From NCBI GenBank assembly GCA_964016885.1, contig OZ024740.1, positions 270,816,001 to 270,880,000 of the forward strand: DNA of 64,000 nt. The letters are read 5' to 3'. Position 1 is the first letter of the stretch, and every line of letters begins with the position of its first letter. Below the pieces are notes generated by a model. That model was not told where the DNA came from. It saw only the letters and a list, made by a program, of their open reading frames with translations, and made no database searches. The position numbers and the translations under genes are program-made. Positions 29,586 to 42,612 of this stretch are shown here, in pieces. This stretch comes from Eledone cirrhosa. Lineage: Eukaryota.

Positions 29586-31341
29586 ATATACAAATATAAA
29601 TTAGCGAGAATCGTATTTCGGCTATTGGGAATTAGCGAAAAACAACTTCCGAGATGTGTGGCAAGCGCTCAATAGATTCTAACGAACCAGAGCTACAAGA
29701 TACGTTAAAAGGCCAAACACACTGAGTCGATGGTTAAACCATTATCCGCACAGCCATAGAAACGACCAAGTAATTCGGGTCAAACAAATAAAAAAAATAT
29801 GATTGAAAAATTCACCCGGACCCCTGGGTGGTTGGTGAAAATCCTGGATTTGGGTTTCTGGGACTCCTAAATCAAGTACTGTCCGCTTAGACAAATAATG
29901 TTAAGCTTTTGGTAAGATGATTGAACAAGGAAGTCACTTTCTCAACAGGCTTTTAGTTCAAGTGCCAGGCCAAGGATTGACCGTTACCCACATGGGGCTC
30001 GACATATATATATATATATGTGTATGTATAATTTTATGAATTATTGAAACGTAGAAATGTGTAATGCATGATTCATATCGAACTTTTACATTTTTCTATG
30101 ACCAACAGGAAGAACATTGTTATATATTTCCTACATGTGACAGCCTGTTTATACAGATTAAGTATTTCAATTCAAATTCAATACTATGAAAGTGAAAGTA
30201 GTCTTTTGCCCAGGGAAATAATACATCTACAATTTAGTTTCATAAAATACAGAAACAAATTGTCTATTTGCTCAATTACATATTTCAAATACTACATTTT
30301 AAACAACTTTTTCGACACATATTCTTTTATATTGATTATCATTGTATAATGTAATTCTTTTAAATATGCATTTAATTCTTGTTTACAATGAGCAGATAGA
30401 TTGTTACTGAAGCATGTTTATCAACAACTGAAGGAAAATATACAAAGCGTATCCTGTCGAACGTTTGTTATTTTGTTATTGATATTTTAGCTATAGGTCA
30501 GCCCCGACCGTACATACATATAATGGTTTATTATTTACGTATATAGCCAACAATTTTGAGGGGAGAAGAAATTCGATTAAATCGAATCCAGCGCATTATT
30601 GTTATTTATTTTATCTATCCCGTGAGGATGAAAAGCAAAGCTAACCTCGTTGGGATTTGAAATAAGAACATAAAGGCCCGTAACTTTATGCCTCAAAGCA
30701 TATTGTCCGTCGTGCATACATATAATGAAATACATTCCAACCTTGCCTATTCCGTTGTCTTTATTCGGACATAGAGTTTCTAGGACTGCATCGGTCATAC
30801 TTTTAAAGATAGAAATAGAAACATTTGGAGAAATTTCGGTTCTGTTTCTAGCGGGTCGTGCGACCACGTAAGATTTAATCTATCAGTTGCTCGAAATAGT
30901 GTGTCGTTTAGATTGGTACCCTGTGGCTGATTCTCAGTACTATGATACAGATAATAAAAAGGCTGATAACAACAGGATTTTTTATCAATTGAAGTTGAAG
31001 GCTAAATAATTTCAATTCTTTAATTCAATAGCATAATTATTATACTTTTCCTAATATTTCCAGGAGACTACAAAAATATGTTGATTAAATGTGATATCAG
31101 GATTTCGGGAAAATGTAATTGATAATTCAACATGAATTAATTAAATCATTATAATCAGTTACTTAATGATACTTTCCTTAAATATGTTGATAGAGGCATC
31201 AGTTTTAAAAAAAATGAAAGATCATTTGAAGTTAACAAATAATCAAATGCAAATAATCATGAATTTAATTTAAAACTTCTACTGAAAAATATTTACTGAA
31301 AATTCATTAACCAAAGCTATATAATCATAAAGCAAACTTAC

Positions 31342-31456
31342 TTTGAATCACAGGTCCAAAGACCAGAGGATGAATCGACACATCTACAATTGTAATCACA
31401 ACCATCCTGCCAAGTTTGACCCTGATAATACGGATGACCTTTATATAGACACACAT
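31342..31456 (-). CDS. Exon: VWC-like domain 2, first half
   Basis: 115 nt, phase 1-2. Encodes VCLYKGHPYYQGQTWQDGCDYNCRCVDSSSGLWTCDS, paralogous to 34511-34628. Confidence 0.88.
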
Positions 31457-31691
31457 CTAAAACAGAAGTATAAAGACTTCATATGAAGAACAGTGTTTTT
31501 AAGAAAAATACAAAACAAGGGGTGTACTGCATTGATATATATGTATATTCTTTATTAAAGTCGATTTTGAATTTTGTTACTCCAGAGTTTCCCCTGTATT
31601 CTCGCCGAGTCAACAGACATCGTCTTAATAAAGAAAATATTAATCTCTACTATGGTATTGAGTACACATTCTTGTGACCGCCAATACTATG

Positions 31692-31735
<44 letters not shown>

Positions 31736-33326
31736 CATATATATGTGTGCGTGTGTGTATATGTGTGTGTGTGTAAGTGTGTGTGCATATGTGTGTGTGT
31801 GTGTGCGTGTGGATGAAGTGTGTGTCTAGATTTATAGAATTATTATGAACAATTTTGTGGTATACGATATTTTAATGTTATTTGGATAAATGTAGATACT
31901 TCTAGTGTTATGTTATACTTTATGTTTGTCATCAATTAGGACTTTTCAAAGTCATCGATAGTCACTGGCAGACTCTCTCTCTTTCTCACTTTATATAGAC
32001 GCGTTTAATACTGCTGCTTAATGATATAATCATTATGCAATGTTTATAATCTTAACATGTAACAGTGAACGTATATTTGTATATCCGAAGTTTTAAGCCG
32101 CAAGTTTGCACATAAATAGCTTGAAATTTACATAGAAGCATTTGTTTTCAAAGAGACGGTTGCAGTAAACTTTAGAAGATATTGTTATATTTAGCTATTG
32201 AAAGAAAGAAACTGCGGATTTAGCATGCCTTCAAGTATTTCAATAGATTTTGTCCAGTTGTACCGATTACAAAAATTATTCATTTAAAATAATTGTTTCT
32301 ACTTTTGGCACAAGGCCAGCAATTACCCAGTACATTACTGGTACTTTATTTTATCGACCCCGTAAGGATGAAATTATTCATTTAAAATAATATTTTCGTA
32401 AAGTAAAGCAAAATCTAAGAGCGAAATTTTAAATTGTATATTCGTTAGGTCATTATTGATTTAATTGCTAATTCGTATTTTTTTAGAGGCTCGGCTTCGA
32501 TGAAACAGTATTGAAGGAGTCAACATTACAGGTACAAAAGATTATTGTCAGCATTTTATAAACATAATTTATCGAAAATATAATGAATTTATAGGATTAT
32601 ATTTGTTTTAGTTAGTAAACTTAGACAAGGTCGGGTATTGCTATTAGTTAGCAAACCCTTCATTAGCTTTTGATCCTGAATTCAAATTCAGTTATTATCA
32701 GCAAATACATAACGTGACGCCGATTAGAAATACTTCTTTAGACCAATATCACAAATTGATGAATTCTGACACTACCTCTAATTAAAGTGAGATTGTTAAT
32801 GTGTGCAGCAAGCCGTCTCTCATTTAACACATACAGTATCAAAATTTAATTCAAGTGTGAATGATTTCACAGCGAAAGAAAAGATAATATATAGCGCATT
32901 ATATAGAATACAATGTTTATATACACTGAAATATCAAATGTTATTTTTCTGAAAGCGACACAAAAAGCCATTTAACCAAGGAAAATATTTAAATAACTAA
33001 TGCATTAGCTGTCTAAAATTAATAAATATTTCATGAAAAAAATCCAATATTCAGATTTTATAAGCATCACCTTCTTCGAATGATATAATGATAGTAACAG
33101 AAATAGTAACAATGATAATAATTAATATCAATATAACAGGCATTATCATTATTATTATTCAAATCCCGCCGAGGTTGACTTTGCCTTTCATCCTTACGGG
33201 GTCGATAAAATAAAGTACCAGTAATGCACTGGTAATTGCTGGCCTTGTGCCTAAAGTAGAAACAATTATCATTATTATTATTATTGGATAAATATTAGTT
33301 ATCTGAATAAAGCCGTTCTTACTTAC

Positions 33327-33466
33327 CAATTCCTAGATTGGTACCCTTGTTATGTCCTGTTGTTTTGGTATTTTGACCGTTGAAGTTACAAATAGGTTTT
33401 TTGCAGCATTCTCCTTCAATGTTGACTAAAGTGCACATTGGTGGAAGGTTGTGGTAAATAGGACAC
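33327..33466 (-). CDS. Exon: VWC-like domain 1, second half
   Basis: 140 nt, phase 2-1. Encodes CPIYHNLPPMCTLVNIEGECCKKPICNFNGQNTKTTGHNKGTNLGI, ending in the CCxxxxC motif. Confidence 0.88.
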
Positions 33467-34510
33467 CTAAAAACAAAGTCATTCGAAACACAAATTTAAC
33501 AAAAGCATTTCTTAAACATGCCCCTAATAGGAGCTAATGATAAACCAGGTTGGACAGTAATGAGTGCATATTCTCTCTTATATTGTAAACTACAATTCTG
33601 ACGAGGGGATTGATACTAGAGTCGAGGCTATAACACAAATATGGACCTTGAGCCAATCATCTGTGAAACATAACTGGTCAATAATCAATAAAATCGTCTT
33701 TTTATACTTAATTTATACACTTTGCTTTAGCATTGAGTTATAATATTGATACTACCGCCAGTAATCCATAAAGTTACTGAAATTATTGAATAAACCAATC
33801 TATGCATATAGCTGTGTGTTTGTTAATAAAAGAAGTCCCATTTCTTTTACAACTACAGAATATTATTGTTATGAATCTGTAAACAAGAGTATGCACACAT
33901 ACATAAAGACGAAGTACGATACGAATAAATTTGGAGAAGGAAATCACTTCGATGAGAAATCTCTGCTACTGGAAATTAAGTAAAAACACATAAAAAGGAA
34001 GAAAATTGTTTCAGAGGACATCAAATATTTCTATATGTGTTTAGTCATCAGAAACTTATATTTATATTACTAGGTTCACGCCCCAAGCAGAAATATTTCA
34101 CTTTTAAGCATATGCCTGGATTTTACATAATTTCAGACAGTATGAAGAATAATGGTTTCTGATTTAAGCACAAGGCCATTAAACCTGGGGTAGGGGAAAG
34201 TCGATTAAATCGATACCAGTGCATTACTGGTACTTTATTTTATCGACCCTGCATGGACGACAGGCAAGCTAACCTCGGTAGGACTTAAAGTCAGAACATA
34301 AGGGGACATAACTCCATGCTTCAAAGTACGGTGGCCGACGATCTACCGATACTGTCAATCGACCGCCTTCAAAGTATGGAGATTAATACCAACTATTAAA
34401 TGTATAAATCTACGAAAGATGTTAAAATGAATACATTCTGGAATATTATCTGGATTTGCATAGTTATGTAATTGTAAAGCTACAAGAAACAAATAAATTC
34501 ATATACTTAC

Positions 34511-34628
34511 TTATTCCAGCATGAAAATACTCCTGTGTGACTATCCAAACAAGAACATTCTAAATCACAGCCATCTAGCCAAGTTTCACTCTGAGCGTAA
34601 AGTTTCCCTTTGTATGCACAATGCCCGA
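34511..34628 (-). CDS. Exon: VWC-like domain 1, first half
   Basis: 118 nt, phase 1-2. Encodes GHCAYKGKLYAQSETWLDGCDLECSCLDSHTGVFSCWN. Too short to appear in the ORF track. Confidence 0.88.
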
Positions 34629-34796
34629 CTGTAATAGAATTTAACATTAAACATTTTTTAATTGCTTGAGAATAGCTGAGATCACGAGGTGGATTAACAC
34701 ACTAACCCTTAAACTAACGCACTGACTCTTAAACAGTAGTTAGGATACATTGAATGTTTGTTTTTGTCGTCAACATACATAGAAAAATTCAACATT

Positions 34797-34967
34797 TACC
34801 GTATTTCCCGGTGTCGAAGAGGCTACTTTTTTTCTAAAATAAGACTGAAAAATCTACCATGCGCTGTGGAGGCCGAAGGTTGTTTATTATTTTTTTCAAA
34901 TTTTTGGTTATCAAAATTAGGGTGCGTCCTCGAAAACGAAGCATCTTTGGCACCGAGAAATACGGTA
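34797..34967. mobile_element. MITE with TIRs (Tc1/mariner-pogo type, TA flanks)
   Basis: TACCGTATTTCCCGGTG and CACCGAGAAATACGGTA are terminal inverted repeats. Confidence 0.75.
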
Positions 34968-36371
34968 CTTTCTTGTATAGACTGTTCTTTTTTTTTTATT
35001 TCATTTCAGACAATTATCGAAAAGATAATATTTTAGGTCTGTCTGAATTCAGTAACAGAATAAAAGTTCTTTTGGTAGAGAACCTAAACTGGTAGATGAG
35101 TGATTTTTACAAAGAATATAGACAAAAATTATTTTTCTCATATTTTGCATATTTGTTTGTGTATGTATGAGTGTAAGGAATATTAGCCTACCATATATAT
35201 CTCAATTTCGCAGTTATATACTCCAGTATACCAACTTTTTAATGTACCACCCTCTTTCACTTTCCTTCCCCATTACTCTCTAATATTGGTTTCTTATATA
35301 GGCACAAGGCCAGCAATTTTTGGGGAGGGAAAAGTCGATTAAATTGACCCCAGTGCGTGGCTGGTACTTTATTTAATCGACCCTGTAAGGATTAAAGGCA
35401 AAGTTAACCTCGGCGGAATTTGAACTTAGACCGTAAAGGGCCGTAACCCTATGCTGCAAAGCATCTTTAATATTAACTCAAGTACTTGATTCTATATAAA
35501 CAAGTGTCTCTTAGTATCAATGTTGTGTTTGTTGTTGTTATTGGTTATTCATAGGTCTGTCCTGATCCATCTAACCACCCTGCTTATTTTCAAACAATAT
35601 AACTGGTTAATATATAACAGTTATTTACGTTTGTTGTTTTGTTTTTGTTTTGTTTTGGGTTTTTTGTTATTGTTATTGGTTAGCCATATGACTGACCTGA
35701 TCAAACTGGCCACCCAGCTCATTTTCAAACAATATATCATATTCATAATGATATTATTTAAAATGACCTGCATTGTTTAAGAAGGTAATGTATTATTTAA
35801 GCGAGATTTGCGACTTCCTTCTGTGGAAGTGAGCTGCGATACATAAAGCGCCACGTAATGAGCTTTCTGTATTTAATTAGGTTCGGTTTTGATCCGATTT
35901 CTGAACCAACGCTGGTTTTATCCCTCTAGAATAGAGAAACAAATTTATGGCCATTAAAGAAACTACATTTCTCTTCCAAAATATATGGTTTTGTAATGAT
36001 TCTAACTTTCATTATTGTTATGTGTTAGGGGGCGCTGGATTGGCAGTATCGGTAGAGGGTCGCATAGAGTTACGGCCCTTTATGATCTGAGTTCAAATCC
36101 CGCCGAGGTTAACTTTGCCTTTCATCCTTACGGGGTCGATAAAATAAGGTACCAGTCACGCACTGGGGTCGATTTAATCGACTTTCCTCCTCCCCTAAAC
36201 TTGCTGGCCTTGTGCCTAAATAAGAAACCATTATTGTTATGTGTTAGATTGGCAGAATTGGTAAAGCATCGGAACACATACTTTGCTATATAGAGTTCCG
36301 ACCATTTACGTTTTAAGTTCAAATCCCATCGAGGTTAGCTTTTCCTTTCATCCATAAGGAGTCGATAACCA

Positions 36372-36545
36372 TTCTCCGGGGAAACACCTTCTCCATTCTG
36401 ACCGCCGGGGCTGTGGGGCGGCCAGCACGTGGGACCCTATTTGCTCACCATACAGAGAGATGGCGAGGGCGAGAAGATGGAGGTGATAACAGTGGGGGGT
36501 CGGCCCTTTTGTGTTCGGACACATTGCACCTGTCATGTGGTTCTT
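36372..36545 (+). repeat. GC-rich dispersed repeat, inverted copy at about 62975-63140
   Basis: Shared GGGGCTGTGGG.CGGCCAGCACGTGGGACCC.ATTTGCTCA..ATACAG..AGATGG. Here it interrupts a SINE. Confidence 0.75.
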
Positions 36546-37276
36546 TTAAATTATCATTCCGTTATCTGTATTGAGGCGACTTCCTCACAAAGGAAACATA
36601 TTGTCAAATTCAAAACAATCCCATTTTCTTAATTCTTTTCCTCCTTACCCACTCTAGCCTACTCTTAATAAAGCACTAATAATGCCTGTGGTCGATTTAA
36701 TCAACTTCCCTTGCCCCACAAATTGTTGGCCTTGTATCTAAATCAGAATCCATAATTCTTTGTAAAGCAGTTGCATAAAATGACCGACAACTTCCTTTTC
36801 GAGCCGGTCACCGTCGTGACCTCTGGTATCCTCGGTCCCCAGACTGCCATTTTCCCCCGCAAATCACGAGGAGTGTATCTCGACTTCTGTGAGGGGGAAG
36901 GGCTGATGCAGTGTGCTTCGTAGCAAAGCTTTCGCCAATTTGTCTGGAGGTCGCAGCTGAAATATAATTCCTAACCAGGTGTGTGAAATTTTCTATTCGT
37001 TTCCTCTTTCCCTTTTTTCATTATTTAATCTCCCATCCTCAGTTATTCCCTCTCGCAGTTAACTAGCTATGATCTATTTAATCTAGATGTATGTAAAAGC
37101 AATCATGAATATGTGAAGCACATTTCTCAGAGGAATACCATAATTAATAGTAATTATTCAAGGAGAAAATTATCATTTCCTCACTTAGCACAATGGCTAA
37201 CATAATGGCTGGATTAACCTTTTGCTGTAGAAATGTCGTAATTTCAACTAGAATATTTCTAAGTATAATTATTCTG

Positions 37277-37330
<54 letters not shown>

Positions 37331-39031
37331 TATGTGAATGTATATATAGTGTATTTGGTAATACACTGTATGCTTAATTAAAAGCATTTTGAAGACCTTA
37401 CGCTATTGTTTTAAAGTAGTGACTATGTCACTTACTTCTTTGTTCAACAAACAAAGGGAGATAAGCTGTTGGTATAATAATTATTATATATTGTTGGTAT
37501 AATAATTATTATATATATGTATTACCGCTATATACTGATGAGATTAACAATGTTTATGAAGTAGACAAACAAACAAACATAGCAGTGATTTAAATCAAGT
37601 TTTAAATTCCTAACTCATACGACAAACTTCTATCGCTATATTTAGAAGCAGTCAACATGTATACAAAAATAATCGCCACCAACATAAATATTGAAGGTAG
37701 AACTGACATCTCAATTCTATACAAAAAATATATTCTTAAAAGACTACACATCAAACCTCCACAGTCACTCGTCATCTAGACTCGTTATACTATACATACA
37801 TTCATGTATACATCATGTATACATCAGAGCACCAATACTAATACCTAACTTTTGCTGGACCGGCAATTGCTCTGATTAATCAGCTCTTAAATATCACTGG
37901 AATTCTATAATAATCCAGCTGCTATAATTCTCGACAGAAGCAAGGGAGTGTGTGGTCTTGATAAACGCTAACAAGCGAGAAACAGACTCTCTTTTGCTTT
38001 TGCCGAGAATAAGTAATGACATAGTCACTACTTTAAAACTCATAGCAAATGGTCTTCAAAATGTTTTTAATTAAACATACGGTATATTGCCAAATATACT
38101 AAATAATATTTAGTTTTAGTTAATCAAAGGTAACAGAAAAGTGTCACAGAGCAAGACACATATATCAATGCTGAGGTTTAAGCATGAGAAGGGATACAAA
38201 TCTAAGTTGGAAAATGTTTAATTGAACACGAGAGTAAAAATCAATTGCCAGATATATTTATGTCTAGTGAGCATCCGTTGTACCATATGTACTATACCAT
38301 TGGCATTTAAACATATACGTATATAAAGGGCGTATAAAAATATAAGACAGCATCCAGTAGGACGTATCACCCTCTTTCCTATATACAGTTTTCTATGTTC
38401 TTAAATTTAAGCTTGAATTCGTTGTTCAATCCTAGGTTGACAAAGAAAAGACGTAATTTAATGCTGCATTTTTGAAATTATAAAAGCAAATATATTTTTT
38501 GAATATCAGATTAATAAAGCGAACAATATGAAATATCAGCATACTTAGGCAGCAAGATTTATTTTATTTATTGTTTTTTTTATATTTTATTCAACTTGTA
38601 ATATCCTTTTGAGCTAAATCTTTAAAACCTGTCATGAGACAATAAAAGGATCGACATTAAAAGAGTTTGAGGGTTTCTTATGCATCACAATAATATATAT
38701 AAAACTATAATATATTGAATTAGACGTTTCAGGTCTTGTTATATCTCTGGCGTTGATATTCTCTCATTACTTCACCTCTAAGCTGTAGCGAAATAAATGA
38801 CCAGGATTATTTTATCCGCTTTTATTCTAATGGTTTCCTTTGTCTACTACTCTTCTAGTTTTTCAGTTATATCAATAGCAAAACTCACTCAGCAAACGGT
38901 AGAATAATATAACCACTAGACATCTTTAACGTAAATATTTCTCATCACTGTCACTGTGCATTTGTTAACAAGGCGTCTTGATATTTGATATTTAGTTGTT
39001 TGTATTTTTATGCATAGCAAGATTGAAAAGA

Positions 39032-39086
<55 letters not shown>

Positions 39087-39200
39087 ATAAAAATACTTGA
39101 GTGCATTAGAGTTAAACACCCTCGTCGTATTAGAGAAATGACAGTATATATATATATATATGAAGAAATAGACTAAAAAGTTCCGTCTCGCTCTCTTCCA

Positions 39201-39262
<62 letters not shown>

Positions 39263-39491
39263 ACATATATATTTACGAAACAGAATATTTTAGTCCATTT
39301 CTTCAAATCAGGTATAATGGAAGTTAGATACTTTCAGCGAATTGATATGACATATCTCATCTATGTTAAAGAACATTGCCTCAAGCTATTAATTTTTTGA
39401 ATAATTATAGTACAAAGAAGAATGTTCAGCGAATATATAGGATGTGTTTTCTTAATACCTTTATTTATATATAAAATATTCATATGCTTAC

Positions 39492-39515
39492 CTTCCTTGC
39501 CGATTGTTGTATTTT
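39492..39515 (-). CDS. 24-nt linker micro-exon
   Basis: ttttctcttacag acceptor and G|gtaagc donor, phase 1-1. Encodes (E)NTTIGKE. Confidence 0.65.
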
Positions 39516-39877
39516 CTGTAAGAGAAAATATTTTAAAGGAATATAAATAAAAGCATGTAAAATAGAATATTCGTTTTAAAATTAAATAAAATGACAGAAT
39601 GTTTTATTTGAATATATTTGTATAGAGATCATGTTATAAATGAATGAAATTTGTGAAAGTATATCTCATACAAAAATGAAAATAATTGAAATGGTGCAGT
39701 GAATACATGGAGACTATAAACTGTTATTTGGTTTGAATTTTAGATGTTTATATTTTTAGTTTATGTTATAACCTTTTTAACACACAAAGCCCACACTGCA
39801 TCGTTCGGTTACGCAATTATTTTTTGCTTAATGTTATCCCTGTGTGGCTAATATTATTATTATTATCATTATTATCA

Positions 39878-40996
39878 AAGGTTAACTTTGCCTTTCATCC
39901 TTACGGGGTCGATAAAATAAAGTACCAGTAATACACTGGGTAATTGCTGGCCTTGTGCCTAACGTAGAAACAATTATTATTATTATCATTATTATTATGG
40001 TTTGAAATTTACTTTGAGTTCTTCTCCTTTCCAAATAATGCCGAATGTCAAACTGGCACCGCAGGCAAAATTTGATAGTACACACATATTTTACAATCAA
40101 TTGTCACACAAATGATGCCACAAGGTCACACATAACAGTAAATATCCTTGCAAAGTGTTTAAATCTTAGTAAATGGGAAGTACCAGTCAGCACTATTTTC
40201 CTATTGTTTGTATCTCTTGCAGAAAATAGGGAGCAGAATTAAGCATAGGAATACCGATATGAAATATAAACTGAACGTTTGAATAATACACAAGTAAGAA
40301 TAACAAGGCAAAAACGTATATATTTCCATCTGGTTATATATATATATATATATATACATACATACGCACATATATATATATATATACGAGGTGTGTCAGA
40401 AAAGTTCCAGGACTGATGTCACAAAAGATTTATTTCAAACCCAAACTTCACACTAAGAGTTTTCTCCTTCAATATATATATATATTAAAATAACAGATTA
40501 AAGTTTAATCTGTTATTTTTACAAATATTTGCTCTATGGTTTTATATATTTTTAAACCCATATTATCCTTATCGAACCCTCTTCGGATTTTAGTCTTCAC
40601 ATTTATTATTATGACTATATATATGTATATATATAGTCAGCTATATACTGCTAGCTTAGTTTAGACCTAGCTGACGAAAGGGCTGGAGCTCATCCGTCGG
40701 GGTCCTGAGGCTTTTCCTATTATCCACACTACTACCCTAAGTATCGAGTACTCTGGTGCGTTATGGTCCACCTGGTATCTTACCACACCTTCTTTGTTAT
40801 ATATATATAATTGTTTCTACTTTAGGCACAAGGCCAGCAATTACCCAGTGCATTACTGGTACTTTATTTTATCGACCCCGTAAGGATGAAAGGCAAAGTC
40901 AACCTCGGCGAGATTTGAACTCAGAATGGCAAGGGACGTAACTATGCTGGAAAGCATGGCGCCCGACCCTCTACCGTTACTGCCAATCCACCGCCC
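39878..40996. mobile_element. Two major SINE copies (39878-39975 on +, partial; 40808-40996 on -, full with TTGTTATATATATA TSD)
   Basis: Same core motifs. Confidence 0.85.
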
Positions 40997-41329
40997 TTGT
41001 TATATATATATAATGAAATAAATATGTATATGTGTGTGTGTATGTGTGTTTTGTTGAACATAAATTTAGTTGAATTCATGCCAAAGTTTCTAATAAAATA
41101 AGCGCACCGAAATATTTCATTATTCATCTGTAATTGGATTTCGGTTTACTAATATCTAATGAACCAGTTATACTAACAACCAAACGATATAAACATACAT
41201 TTAATACGTTTTTGGCGGGCGAACCATATTTTATTCAAACTCACCCCGTTACCTACACCTTCCCATTAGCACACTTCAGTGTAGATATATCATTCATATG
41301 CATATATGCATTTTATGAAAACTATATAG

Positions 41330-41390
<61 letters not shown>

Positions 41391-41408
41391 GAGGAAGTAT
41401 ATATATAG

Positions 41409-41461
<53 letters not shown>

Positions 41462-41479
41462 GAGGAAGTATATATATAG

Positions 41480-41520
<41 letters not shown>

Positions 41521-41564
41521 GAGGAAGTATATATATAGTAACTATATATATATATATATATATA

Positions 41565-41718
41565 GAAGAGGAAGACCAAGGTTAACATATGTTGATGCCC
41601 TAAGGACAGACACTGGTCTGTTGGAGATGCAGGATATGGCAGCGATAATGAGGGACAGAGACCGCTGGAGAGAACTCGTCCATGGATCTCGGGAATTTTA
41701 CCCGCCTCAGATACTTAG

Positions 41719-41720
<2 letters not shown>
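41565..41720 (+). mobile_element. RTE-like LINE extreme 3' fragment
   Basis: RGRPRLTYVDALRTDTGL..MRDRDRWRELV, a typical RTE-clade C-terminus. Confidence 0.7.
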
Positions 41721-41767
<47 letters not shown>

Positions 41768-42346
41768 TTGTTAAACAATATTCAACGATTATGTCAAGGA
41801 ATGAGTTTTACAGTAGATTCTTAGCACTCAACGGTTAAAATAATTTTCTGGAGTTATTAATATTAAAATATAAGTATTAATAAAATAGATGTTCTTTTGA
41901 TCAATTACATTTTATTATACATATTTCGGATGTACAACAGTACGTTCTCATCAGACAAAATATAATGATACATGACATACCCTGAGATGTTAAATGGTTA
42001 AGATTTAATCAAGGTAGTGATTAACCCGATAGAAAATTTTACTTATATCCTATCTATGAGAAAATGGGAAAACGTAATAAATTTATTAGAGAATGTTACT
42101 ATCAGTGGCTATCACTGGCTGTTGTGATTCATGAGACGTTTTCCTAGATATATCGTAGTATCATACACTTTAAAATTTTAGAACACTTACAGTGTGCAAC
42201 GTTTTTTATTTCTCACACATTCTCTAATGAATTTATTACGTTTTCGCATTTTCTCATAGATAGGATATAAGTAAAATTTTCTATCGGGTTAATCACTACC
42301 TTGATTAAATCTTAACCATTTAACATCTCAGGGTATGTCATGTATC

Positions 42347-42409
42347 ATTATATTTTGTCTGATGAGGACGTACTGTTGTACATCCGAAATATGTATAATA
42401 AAATGTAAT
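42347..42409 (+). ncRNA. Type I hammerhead ribozyme in PLE pLTR (copies at 45660-45722 on + and 41904-41966 on -)
   Basis: 12-bp stem I AUUAUAUUUUGU/AUAAAAUGUAAU, CUGAUGA, stem II GGAcGUAC uguu GUACaUCC, GAAA, minimal stem III and an AUA triplet. Confidence 0.85.
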
Positions 42410-42612
42410 TGATCAAAAGAACATCTATTTTATTAATACTTATATTTTAATATTAATAACTCCAGAAAATTATTTTACCGTTGCGTTCTTCCAATCTACT
42501 GTGAAACTCATTCTTTGACATAATCATTGAATATTGTTTAACACTTTAATATATATATTGCTCCCAACTGATTGAGCGCTTTTCTATACAATAGACTGCA
42601 TATTCTATAAAT

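Larger units (their letters stand above)
32290..36755. mobile_element. Interspersed major SINE copies: 32290-32372 -, 33158-33268 +, 34150-34368 -, 35285-35465 -, 36027-36230 +, 36245-36368/36680-36755 + (interrupted)
   Basis: Each shows the conserved core. The interval also contains exons and unique sequence. Confidence 0.8.

Noticed and set aside
37536-37545. CTGATGA motif as another hammerhead
   Set aside because: No matching GAAA or stems found, and the motif is not conserved in the related copy near 47130.
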